Source: Patescibacteria group bacterium UBA1406 (GTDB lineage: Bacteria; Patescibacteriota; Microgenomatia; UBA1406). From it: a stretch of DNA of 64,000 nucleotides. A model generated the notes under the pieces. That model did no database searches. It was not told the DNA's origin and worked only from the letters and a program-made list of their open reading frames with translations. Each line of letters starts with the position of its first letter. Position 1 is the stretch's first letter. Location of the stretch: the NCBI GenBank assembly GCA_002305675.1, contig DBQA01000001.1:189-64188 (forward strand). Direction: 5' to 3'. Positions 9,795 to 17,212 of this stretch are shown piece after piece. The position numbers were made by a program, and so were the translations under genes.

Positions 9795-10924
9795 ATGTTT
9801 TCGATGATGCCGACGAACTTCTCCCAGCTTAGCTCCCGCTTTACCTTCCGGACGTTTCCGACAAACTTTTGCCTGTCCCCCTGGAAAAACCTTATTATAG
9901 CAGCCGCCATATCCGGGGGCGTAGCCTGCTTGGCCATAACGCCGATTTCCGCGACCGCAAAAAGTTCCGAGAGGTCGCCGGCCGGGGTGGCGATGATGGG
10001 AAGGTCGAAACCGATGGCGACTTTGGAAGGGCCGGTGCCCACGGCCCGCCGGTAGGGAAGGACCAGGGCATCGGCGGCCCTGAACAGGACAGGCACTTCT
10101 TCATTCTTGACATATCTGTCCATCAGGACGATGTTTTTGGCCAGGTGCAGTTTTTGGATCCGCTCTCTATAGATCCCGGCATCCTCCCAGAACTCGCCGG
10201 CCACCAAAAGCTTAATCTGTGGGTCCTCTTTGACAACTGCGGCCATAGCCTCTATCAGGATATCCAGCCCCTTATATTTCCGGACATGGCCAAAGAACAG
10301 GAGAAGGGGAGGGGACAGCTTGAGCTTCTTCAGGCTCTCTGCCCTCTCCGGAGCCCGTTGCTCATGGAAGATGTCGTAGAGGGGATGGAAAAGGCGGGTG
10401 ATCCTGTTTTTTTTCCGCGGGAACATCTCTTCAATGGCTGACTGCACGGCCCGGGAATTGACTATGTAGCGGTCTCCCAGGGAGAGCACCAGCCTCGCTG
10501 CCAGCCGCTTCAGGGGGTGGTCCTCGTGGTCGAAGGCGTTATGGGCGATAATGACTATCTTCACCCGGGAAAAAAGTTTCAGAAAGGTCATGATAACGAG
10601 GTAGGCCGGAGCCCAGAACCAGGTCCACCAGGGAAAAACGACCCGGTCCGCACCGGTACTCCTTATGTGAAAAAAAGTGGCCAGCCAGCTTAACGGATTC
10701 AGCCAATCGATCAGGGGCCGCTCGTTCTCAATCCGCGACAGGACCCGGCTCGTATCCGAGCTTGTTGCTCCGGGGAACAGCCGCTTCGGATAGGGTCGGG
10801 AAAACGAAACAAGCTCAATGGAGGGGTCCCTCCGGCGGTAGGCCTGGTACAGGCTGTATGTATAGAGGACGATACCGCCTTTGAATCTCGGGGCACTTGG
10901 ACCGACCAGAATCGCCCGGCTCAT
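9791..10924 (-). CDS. Glycosyltransferase family 4 (GT-B)
   Basis: ORF track 9791..11050, trimmed to MSRAILVG (10924), which gives an ATGA overlap with the upstream gene. C-terminal EFWED...ADALVLPYR...G region is GT4-like. Confidence 0.7.
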   Translation of the reverse strand: MSRAILVGPSAPRFKGGIVLYTYSLYQAYRRRDPSIELVSFSRPYPKRLFPGATSSDTSRVLSRIENERPLIDWLNPLSWLATFFHIRSTGADRVVFPWWTWFWAPAYLVIMTFLKLFSRVKIVIIAHNAFDHEDHPLKRLAARLVLSLGDRYIVNSRAVQSAIEEMFPRKKNRITRLFHPLYDIFHEQRAPERAESLKKLKLSPPLLLFFGHVRKYKGLDILIEAMAAVVKEDPQIKLLVAGEFWEDAGIYRERIQKLHLAKNIVLMDRYVKNEEVPVLFRAADALVLPYRRAVGTGPSKVAIGFDLPIIATPAGDLSELFAVAEIGVMAKQATPPDMAAAIIRFFQGDRQKFVGNVRKVKRELSWEKFVGIIENI

Positions 10925-11865
10925 CTTGCAGTCCCCCGTCCTAAGGAAAAACTGATGGCGTGCTGGCCAGTGCCGGGTTGTGGTTCGGACCTGCCCGACA
11001 AAGAGTAACCCGCCAGATCGGCATAGAGCTTGGATATGAACAGGCCGCAACCGGATCCTTCAATCTGGCTTTCCCCGGCCTTGCCTCTTTCGCCTAAAGC
11101 AAACGGATCAGCGGGCAGGGGATTGAGCGATTCGTTCCTGACCGAGATCCCTTTTTCTTCTTGGGCTATATGCATCTGGCTCTTGATGCCGTATTTGCGG
11201 GCATTATTGATAAGATTGTAGAGGATTATAGCCTGCACTCCGTCAAGTTCAACATCCTCTACAGGCTCACGATAGGTCGACTTACTGCCGAACCTGACCA
11301 CCGTCCCAAAGTTCACTTTCTGATTCATAAGGGCCTGGAAGCTGTCATTGTCCTGGTGCAATAAAAAAGCAAAGGACCGGCTCAGCACCGGCAGGAACCG
11401 GGATACACCGAGCGCATGTCGCCGCTGGTCCTCGTAGAACCTATAGAGCTCGTTGTCTGTGCTGACCTCGGTCTTGTCCAATATCGTCTGTACTTGGCGG
11501 ACCAGATCCTCCATACTCCCAAAAATACCCTGGAACGCATTTCCAGAATATTCCGTTTTCGCGGATCCGGCTGCGAATGACATTTCCCGGGACCCGGCCG
11601 CTTTTTCGAGTTCCCGACGAATCACTGCGTATTGGTTCCGCAGTTCGATCATGCTTTCGGGGTCCGCGCCCAGAATGTCCAACCAGCCGCCATAGTTGCC
11701 CACTAAACTTCTCAGATCGTGGAAGATTAAATTATCAAAATCAGATGGCCCCAAAAGTCTAACCTGATCAAAGCGCTTTTGGATCGACGGGTCTGAGCTA
11801 ATTTGTTGCCAATCAAGGGGGAGCAATGTTTGTCCGATTTGTTCTCCGTGTGGTTGATCGCTCAT
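10921..11865 (-). CDS. Soluble histidine-kinase-like protein (H-box plus HATPase_c), no sensor or TM domain
   Basis: IFHDLRSLVGN (H-box-like), LYNLINNARKY (N-box) and GSGCGLFISK (G2-box). No response regulator gene nearby. Confidence 0.55.
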   Translation of the reverse strand: MSDQPHGEQIGQTLLPLDWQQISSDPSIQKRFDQVRLLGPSDFDNLIFHDLRSLVGNYGGWLDILGADPESMIELRNQYAVIRRELEKAAGSREMSFAAGSAKTEYSGNAFQGIFGSMEDLVRQVQTILDKTEVSTDNELYRFYEDQRRHALGVSRFLPVLSRSFAFLLHQDNDSFQALMNQKVNFGTVVRFGSKSTYREPVEDVELDGVQAIILYNLINNARKYGIKSQMHIAQEEKGISVRNESLNPLPADPFALGERGKAGESQIEGSGCGLFISKLYADLAGYSLSGRSEPQPGTGQHAISFSLGRGTAR

Positions 11866-11875
11866 GAAACCTGAT

Positions 11876-12892
11876 TTACTTTCTCCACCCCTGGGGATGT
11901 ACCTGATACCATTTGACCAGCGAGTTGACAGAGTCCCTGATGGTGCGTTTCGGGCTCCATCCCAGGACCTTCCTTGCCTTGTCTATCTTTGCGACCATGG
12001 TGGCGTATTCGCCTTCCCGAGGGGTGGTCCGCGCGAGCGAAAATGTTTTGCCGGTGACCTCCTGGACCATCTTCACCACCTCCAGGACGGAGTTGCCGCT
12101 GCCTGTACCAAGATTAATGATCTCACTCCGGCCGCCCTTGGCAAGATACTCGAGCGCCGACAGATGGGCCTCGTTGAGGTCGACAACGTTGATATAGTCC
12201 CGAATGGGGGTCTTGTCGGGGGTATCCACTTCGGGGGAGGTGATATAAAAAGGCTCTATCCCCAAAGCGCCCCGGACCGCGTTCTGCACGAGAAGGGTGG
12301 ACGGCTCCTTGGAATCACCCACAGTTCCGTCCTCCGTCGCGCCGCAGACGTTGAAATAGCGCAAAATCACATAGTCCAGCTTACCAAGCTTCCCGTACCA
12401 CTCGATGATCCTTTCCACCATCCGCTTCGACTCCCCGTAAGGATTTTTGGGACGGGTGGGATGCTCCTCATCCACCGGCACATACTCGGCCTCGCCATAG
12501 ACGGCGCAGGTGGAGGAAAAAACGAGCTTCCGGATACCGAAATCGGTCATCGTTTCGATAAGGTTCAGGCTGCCGGAGATATTATTGCGGAAGTATTTGC
12601 CCGGGTCCTTGACGGACTCGTCGACCAGGCAGTGGGCAGCGTAGTGGACCACCGCCTCGATCCCTTTTTCCATCTCGAAGACGACCCGGAGATCCTTGGT
12701 CAGATCGAGCTCGAACCAGCGCAAGCGCTTTTCGCCGTACTTTTCCTGGAGATACTCGAGAGGTTCGCGATATCCGGTGGCCAGGTTGTCGATGACCACC
12801 ACCTCATAACCTGCCTGCAAAAAGAGGTCGGTCGCCACCGAGCCGATGTACCCGCCGCCGCCTGTCACCAGGATCTTTTTCCTATTTGTCAT
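11876..12892 (-). CDS. galE: UDP-glucose 4-epimerase
   Basis: 338 aa. KILVTGGGGYIGS, STCAVYG and YGESKRMVE (YxxxK). Length and motifs are typical of GalE. Confidence 0.85.
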   Translation of the reverse strand: MTNRKKILVTGGGGYIGSVATDLFLQAGYEVVVIDNLATGYREPLEYLQEKYGEKRLRWFELDLTKDLRVVFEMEKGIEAVVHYAAHCLVDESVKDPGKYFRNNISGSLNLIETMTDFGIRKLVFSSTCAVYGEAEYVPVDEEHPTRPKNPYGESKRMVERIIEWYGKLGKLDYVILRYFNVCGATEDGTVGDSKEPSTLLVQNAVRGALGIEPFYITSPEVDTPDKTPIRDYINVVDLNEAHLSALEYLAKGGRSEIINLGTGSGNSVLEVVKMVQEVTGKTFSLARTTPREGEYATMVAKIDKARKVLGWSPKRTIRDSVNSLVKWYQVHPQGWRK

Positions 12893-13241
12893 CCTGTTTT
12901 TCCGTCCGGCTGAGACTGATAATTTTTTCGAGCTTGTCCCGAACCGCCCGGTCCATGTCCACGTTCAGGGTGTTGGCCAGCATGAACACGGTCAGGACAA
13001 CGTCGGCGAATTCCTCATACATATTCGTCCTCTGGAATTCATCAAGCTTTTCCTTCCGTTGCAGGGACAGGGTGGCCAGGATGTCATTCGCGAGTTCGCC
13101 GACCTCTTCCGTCAACTTGACCGTCTTTGCCAGAATGTCCTTTTCCCTCTTTGTTAGGGTGGCGAATTCGATGCGAAGCGCCTTGCTCTTCACCTTCAGC
13201 TTTTTCTGCAGTCCCTTCAGGGATATTTCCGCCTTGTCCAT
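12882..13241 (-). CDS. MazG-like nucleotide pyrophosphohydrolase domain protein
   Basis: 119 aa, all-helical. EEVGELANDI ... EEFADVVLTVFMLAN is the paired EExxE/D motif of MazG-type NTP-PPases. Confidence 0.55.
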   Translation of the reverse strand: MDKAEISLKGLQKKLKVKSKALRIEFATLTKREKDILAKTVKLTEEVGELANDILATLSLQRKEKLDEFQRTNMYEEFADVVLTVFMLANTLNVDMDRAVRDKLEKIISLSRTEKQDDK

Positions 13242-13247
13242 AGCTGT

Positions 13248-14307
<1,060 letters not shown>

Positions 14308-14573
14308 ATGGGTTAATATAGCTGTTTGCTATAAGCTACTCACCTGCAGGCTAAGGGCTTGTTTGCAGGTCGCTCTTTGAAAACGTTTTTTCGCGCCGCA
14401 AGCACCTGTTCATATTATGCCTGACAGAAAGCTTTCGGTCAGCCTAAAAACACCGACCAACTACCAGATCTGATGATCAGGTTGCGTGACAGGAGGAGGG
14501 GTTTATCCCGTTTCCTGCTGCCACGCAGCCTGAATCCACAGGTCCTGCGAATTATCCTACACCGGAGGTTTAC

Positions 14574-15005
14574 ATGAACGGTCAAGTGAAGTTTGTCGCA
14601 AAGCAGGGAGATGAGCTTGGGGAGGCGGCCCTCGCCGTGTTGGCGAGAAAGGGCTGCCAAACTGAGCTTGTCGAGAGCGATGACCCCGATCTTGAGGGTC
14701 TGTGCGTAGCCTATTTCTCCTCCCAGGCTCCTTACCGGGGCAGGGGGTGGAGGGGAGGCCGCTGGTCCCGGGTGGCGAGCGTCTCCTTGTACCCGTCCTG
14801 GGCTGCTTGTGCTCAGATGCACGTCGAGCTTCGCCGGAACGAGAACGGCGAAGAGAACGGCTTCGAGCACGCAGTCGTATCGGCGGCCAGGGAGTGCGAG
14901 GCCGTCCTCGCCAGAGAGCATAAGATCAATCTCACTCCGGCTTTGCATGACAAGCCACCCAAGAAACAGCGTCAAAGGAAGGAGCGCAAAGGTAGAAAGT
15001 TTTAG
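14574..15005 (+). CDS. Hypothetical 143-aa protein with a basic C-terminal tail (coding status uncertain)
   Basis: GGAGG (14564-14568) lies 5 nt before the ATG. A 10-bp hairpin follows 19 nt after the stop. However, the region is GC-rich, open in several frames and full of hairpins, and it contains the low-complexity stretch RGRGWRGGRW. Confidence 0.35.
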   Translation: MNGQVKFVAKQGDELGEAALAVLARKGCQTELVESDDPDLEGLCVAYFSSQAPYRGRGWRGGRWSRVASVSLYPSWAACAQMHVELRRNENGEENGFEHAVVSAARECEAVLAREHKINLTPALHDKPPKKQRQRKERKGRKF

Positions 15006-15023
15006 CAGTTGGTCGTGAGAGTT

Positions 15024-15050
15024 GGGCTGCCGGCCAAAAACCGGCAGCCC
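15024..15050 (+). terminator. Perfect 10-bp GC-rich hairpin (GGGCTGCCGG-ccaaaaa-CCGGCAGCCC)
   Basis: Hand-checked inverted repeat. The weak U tract (tcttacc) makes the terminator function tentative. It separates the 14.3-15.0 kb unit from the leader promoter at 15076. Confidence 0.45.
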
Positions 15051-15075
15051 TCTTACCATCTCCAGCCAGTTCGAC

Positions 15076-15105
15076 TTGACAGGAAAACCGGTCTGCTTAT
15101 ATAAT
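15076..15105 (+). promoter_or_regulatory. Sigma70-type promoter TTGACA-N18-TATAAT for leader ORF 1
   Basis: TTGACA 15076-15081 and TATAAT 15100-15105. The leader ATG lies 12 nt after the -10 box. Confidence 0.65.
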
Positions 15106-15117
15106 CAGGCATTAGAC

Positions 15118-15171
15118 ATGAAATTTAGGGTTTTGTCCGTCATCATTTTGGTCCTCCTTATTACCGCCTAG
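15118..15171 (+). CDS. Leader peptide 1, MKFRVLSVIILVLLITA (Ile/Leu/Val-rich)
   Basis: 17 codons, 10 of them I/L/V including 8 in a row (VIILVLLI). The TAG stop lies in the loop of hairpin CCGCC/GGCGG. It sits between a consensus promoter and an intrinsic terminator. Confidence 0.6.
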   Translation: MKFRVLSVIILVLLITA

Positions 15172-15234
15172 GGCGGGGGAGGTTGACTGACGAAACTATT
15201 AAAAACCTAACCCGCCAAAAGGGCGGGTTTTTTT
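15163..15234 (+). promoter_or_regulatory. Transcription attenuator 1 (anti-antiterminator / antiterminator / terminator)
   Basis: Helix 1:2 is CCGCC 15164-68 with GGCGG 15172-76. Helix 2:3 is GGCGGG..AGGTT 15172-84 with AACCT..CCCGCC 15204-16. Helix 3:4 is the terminator at 15210-34. The helices are mutually exclusive; pairings were hand-counted. Confidence 0.65.
15210..15234 (+). terminator. Intrinsic terminator ACCCGCC-aaaag-GGCGGGT followed by T7
   Basis: 7-bp GC stem, 5-nt loop, then seven T. It ends 11 nt before the ATG at 15246. Confidence 0.8.
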
Positions 15235-15255
15235 GATGGGAAAAAATGACCGCGA
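15210..15255 (+). repeat. Copy 1 of the ~46-nt terminator-to-start-codon module
   Basis: acccgccaaaagggcgggtttttttgatgggaaaaaatgaccgcga, compared with the copy at 17166. About 40 of 47 positions are identical by hand alignment. Confidence 0.7.
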
Positions 15256-17042
15256 CCAAGGAAATTAAATACAGCTTTGAGGCAGGTGGCAGGCCGCTTG
15301 ACGAACAAACCCTCATGCGGGCCATCAGGGAGGAGACCCACAAGTTCCCCCATGTGTCCGAAGGCGAATGGCCGGGTGTGAAGGGGCGGATGGGGGAGAC
15401 CGGGGTGGTTGCCTACGGGAACGGGACCGGATTGATATTTGGGGCGGTCCGCCACCCCTCATTTATCCCCAGGGAAATCAACGGTCACGGGGTTGAATAT
15501 CAGGGTCCCCAGACTTTGAAGCATCTGGAAAGGTCGTTCCTGGTCGAACATACCGACGAGTACGTGGCCCGGCACGCGAGCGGGATGCTGCAGGTCCTCG
15601 GCCTGCCCGGAGCCAGGTTATCCGACCTCGCCGAGTTCTACGAGGGAGCGGGGGCCGGCGGCAGCGAACCCGAGGCCTGGCTGGTATCTAAGGACGGCAC
15701 GCCCTACCACATCGATGACGGCGGAGAGTTGCAGGACAATCTTCTTGAAGAGACTTTGGATGCGGTCTCCGACCCGTCCGTTTTCCTGCGGACACGCGCC
15801 CGACAGATAAAAGCCAGGAAGGAAAAATACCCCGAGGCCACCGTCGTGGATACGTCGTCCATGCCGACCGGGAGCCCGGCCGAGATGCGCGTTCTGGAAA
15901 GCGGGGAAATAGGCCCGTACGTCAAGGCCATCCAGAACATTCTCTACAGTCGCTTCATGCATGCCTACCACCCCCTGGCGAGGGGCCTGATGGATAAGAT
16001 CGCCGACGCATACCATTACCGGGACTGGCAGGATATGCATGGTTCACTCGGGAACATGGCCTACCTGGTATTCTCCGCCTCCCACCTGAGCATCGGCCTG
16101 CCGCACCTGAGAAAAGGGAACGAGGCCATGTCCATCCCGGAACAGGAGGCTATCGCCGTGGCCGACATCTTCAACAGCAACCTGGCCACGCTGGCCGAGC
16201 TATTGATGTTCTCGACCCCCATGGTCTACGGCATCACCCCGACCGTCAACGTGGACGGACAGGAGCTTTGGCCGCGGGATATGCGCTCCATCATGCGTTA
16301 CGCCCTGGATACCACCTATCCCGCTCCCTTCATCATGACCCCGGCAAACTACCGCCGCCGCGTCTCTGACCAGATAGTGAACGGCCTGTCGCATACCATA
16401 GACAGGGCCGCCTATATGACCGAGATCCCAGACCTCCAAAATGGGGGTTATACGAAAAGGGCCGTCATGCACGGCCGAGTGAGGATACGCGCCGCCTCCA
16501 ACGAACCCAGAAATCTGACCGGTCGGGTGGAGTTCACCGGCTGTTCCGCCTCTCCCTCCATCTGGGACGAGGCCGCCCGAAACTCCCTGCTGCAACTTCT
16601 GATGGTCGGCGCCTACGAGGCGCTGGCGAACGGTCAGCATCCCGCCGATTATTTCGGGGGCGAGTTTCCGAATCTGGCCGAATGGAAGGATCAGCAGGCC
16701 CTGGCCATCGAAGCCTCCCTGTACGGTTTCCGGACGCCCCGGATCACGTCCCTGATAGGGGAGGGGATCCGCTTCGTCGACCGCATGCAGGACAAGTATT
16801 TGACCCGCGAGAACGGGCACGGTCCCGTTTCTGCCCTGGGCACCCAGGCCCGCCTGGCCAGGGAAAGGCTTCTAAACCTCCAGGCCCCGCCTGCCCAGAG
16901 CCTGGGCGATTATGTGGACTCACCCCGGGGACCGTTCTCCGAGGTGGTCCGGAACGAGCTCATGGGCGGCAAGACCCCCCTGGAGGTGACCAGGGAAATA
17001 GAGTCATACCAGCTTGCCATGGCGGATAAACTCCTCCGTTGA
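15246..17042 (+). CDS. GCS2/YbdK-superfamily carboxylate-amine ligase-like protein, divergent paralog A
   Basis: 598 aa. HGRVRIR...GRVEFTGCSASP resembles the YbdK H-W-D-I-R...GTVEVRVMD region, and LMFSTPMVYG resembles SAASPYMQG. The usual HVHVG is HLSIG and the ExE motif is GVEYQ. Paralogous to 17202..18902. Confidence 0.8.
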   Translation: MTATKEIKYSFEAGGRPLDEQTLMRAIREETHKFPHVSEGEWPGVKGRMGETGVVAYGNGTGLIFGAVRHPSFIPREINGHGVEYQGPQTLKHLERSFLVEHTDEYVARHASGMLQVLGLPGARLSDLAEFYEGAGAGGSEPEAWLVSKDGTPYHIDDGGELQDNLLEETLDAVSDPSVFLRTRARQIKARKEKYPEATVVDTSSMPTGSPAEMRVLESGEIGPYVKAIQNILYSRFMHAYHPLARGLMDKIADAYHYRDWQDMHGSLGNMAYLVFSASHLSIGLPHLRKGNEAMSIPEQEAIAVADIFNSNLATLAELLMFSTPMVYGITPTVNVDGQELWPRDMRSIMRYALDTTYPAPFIMTPANYRRRVSDQIVNGLSHTIDRAAYMTEIPDLQNGGYTKRAVMHGRVRIRAASNEPRNLTGRVEFTGCSASPSIWDEAARNSLLQLLMVGAYEALANGQHPADYFGGEFPNLAEWKDQQALAIEASLYGFRTPRITSLIGEGIRFVDRMQDKYLTRENGHGPVSALGTQARLARERLLNLQAPPAQSLGDYVDSPRGPFSEVVRNELMGGKTPLEVTREIESYQLAMADKLLR

Positions 17043-17067
17043 CACCATCCGGGAATGATGCTAGAAT
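17039..17067 (+). promoter_or_regulatory. Sigma70-type promoter TTGACA-N17-TAGAAT for leader ORF 2
   Basis: TTGACA 17039-17044 overlaps the stop of paralog A. TAGAAT 17062-17067. The leader ATG lies 8 nt after the -10 box. Confidence 0.7.
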
Positions 17068-17075
17068 GGAAAACC

Positions 17076-17138
17076 ATGATCACAGCATCTACAAGTTTCG
17101 GTTTCTTTTTCTTTTTTACCCCGCAGATGGCGGGCTGA
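17076..17138 (+). CDS. Leader peptide 2, MITASTSFGFFFFFTPQMAG (Phe run)
   Basis: 20 codons, 6 of them Phe (TTC GGT TTC TTT TTC TTT TTT). The TGA stop lies inside the antiterminator arm. It resembles the enterobacterial pheL leader (..[10 protein letters not shown]). Confidence 0.6.
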   Translation: MITASTSFGFFFFFTPQMAG

Positions 17139-17190
17139 TGCTGTAATAAAAAAATAAATAATCAGACCCGCCAAAAAGGCGGGTTTTTTT
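17119..17190 (+). promoter_or_regulatory. Transcription attenuator 2 (same three-helix design as attenuator 1)
   Basis: Helix 1:2 is CCCGC 17120-24 with GCGGG 17130-34. Helix 2:3 is GGCGGG+CTGAT 17129-39 with ATCAG(a)CCCGCC 17161-72. Helix 3:4 is the terminator at 17166-90. Pairings were hand-counted. Confidence 0.65.
17166..17190 (+). terminator. Intrinsic terminator ACCCGCC-aaaaa-GGCGGGT followed by T7
   Basis: 7-bp GC stem, 5-nt loop, then seven T. It ends 11 nt before the ATG at 17202. It could also terminate paralog A transcripts. Confidence 0.8.
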
Positions 17191-17212
17191 GTGTCCAAAA
17201 AATGAACCGCGA
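17166..17212 (+). repeat. Copy 2 of the ~46-nt terminator-to-start-codon module
   Basis: acccgccaaaaaggcgggtttttttgtgtccaaaaaatgaaccgcga. See copy 1 at 15210. Confidence 0.7.

Noticed and set aside
11864-12913. 349-aa plus-strand ORF opposite galE
   Set aside because: It is a shadow ORF of a high-GC3 gene. galE on the minus strand has unambiguous motifs, and the plus-strand translation is low-complexity with no motifs.
14400-14560. Faint resemblance of ACCAGATCTGATGATCAGGTTGCGTGACAGGA to the 3' half of the TPP riboswitch (ACCTGATCTGGATAATGCCAGCGTAGGGA)
   Set aside because: The obligatory CTGAGA and GGGGTGC core elements are absent, and the helices do not superimpose. I treat it as coincidence.
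14439-15059. 206-aa minus-strand ORF spanning the GC-rich gap
   Set aside because: There is no start context. The composition is implausible, with Pro/Arg/Ser runs and low complexity. It is antisense to a better-supported plus-strand ORF that has an SD. It looks like a GC-driven open frame.
17066-17146. Alternative leader frame MENHDHSIYKFRFLFLFYPADGGLML (also Phe-rich)
   Set aside because: Its ATG (17066-68) overlaps the -10 hexamer TAGAAT (17062-67), so it would not be on the transcript made from that promoter. The +1 frame starting at 17076 fits the leaderless spacing and places its stop inside the antiterminator arm.
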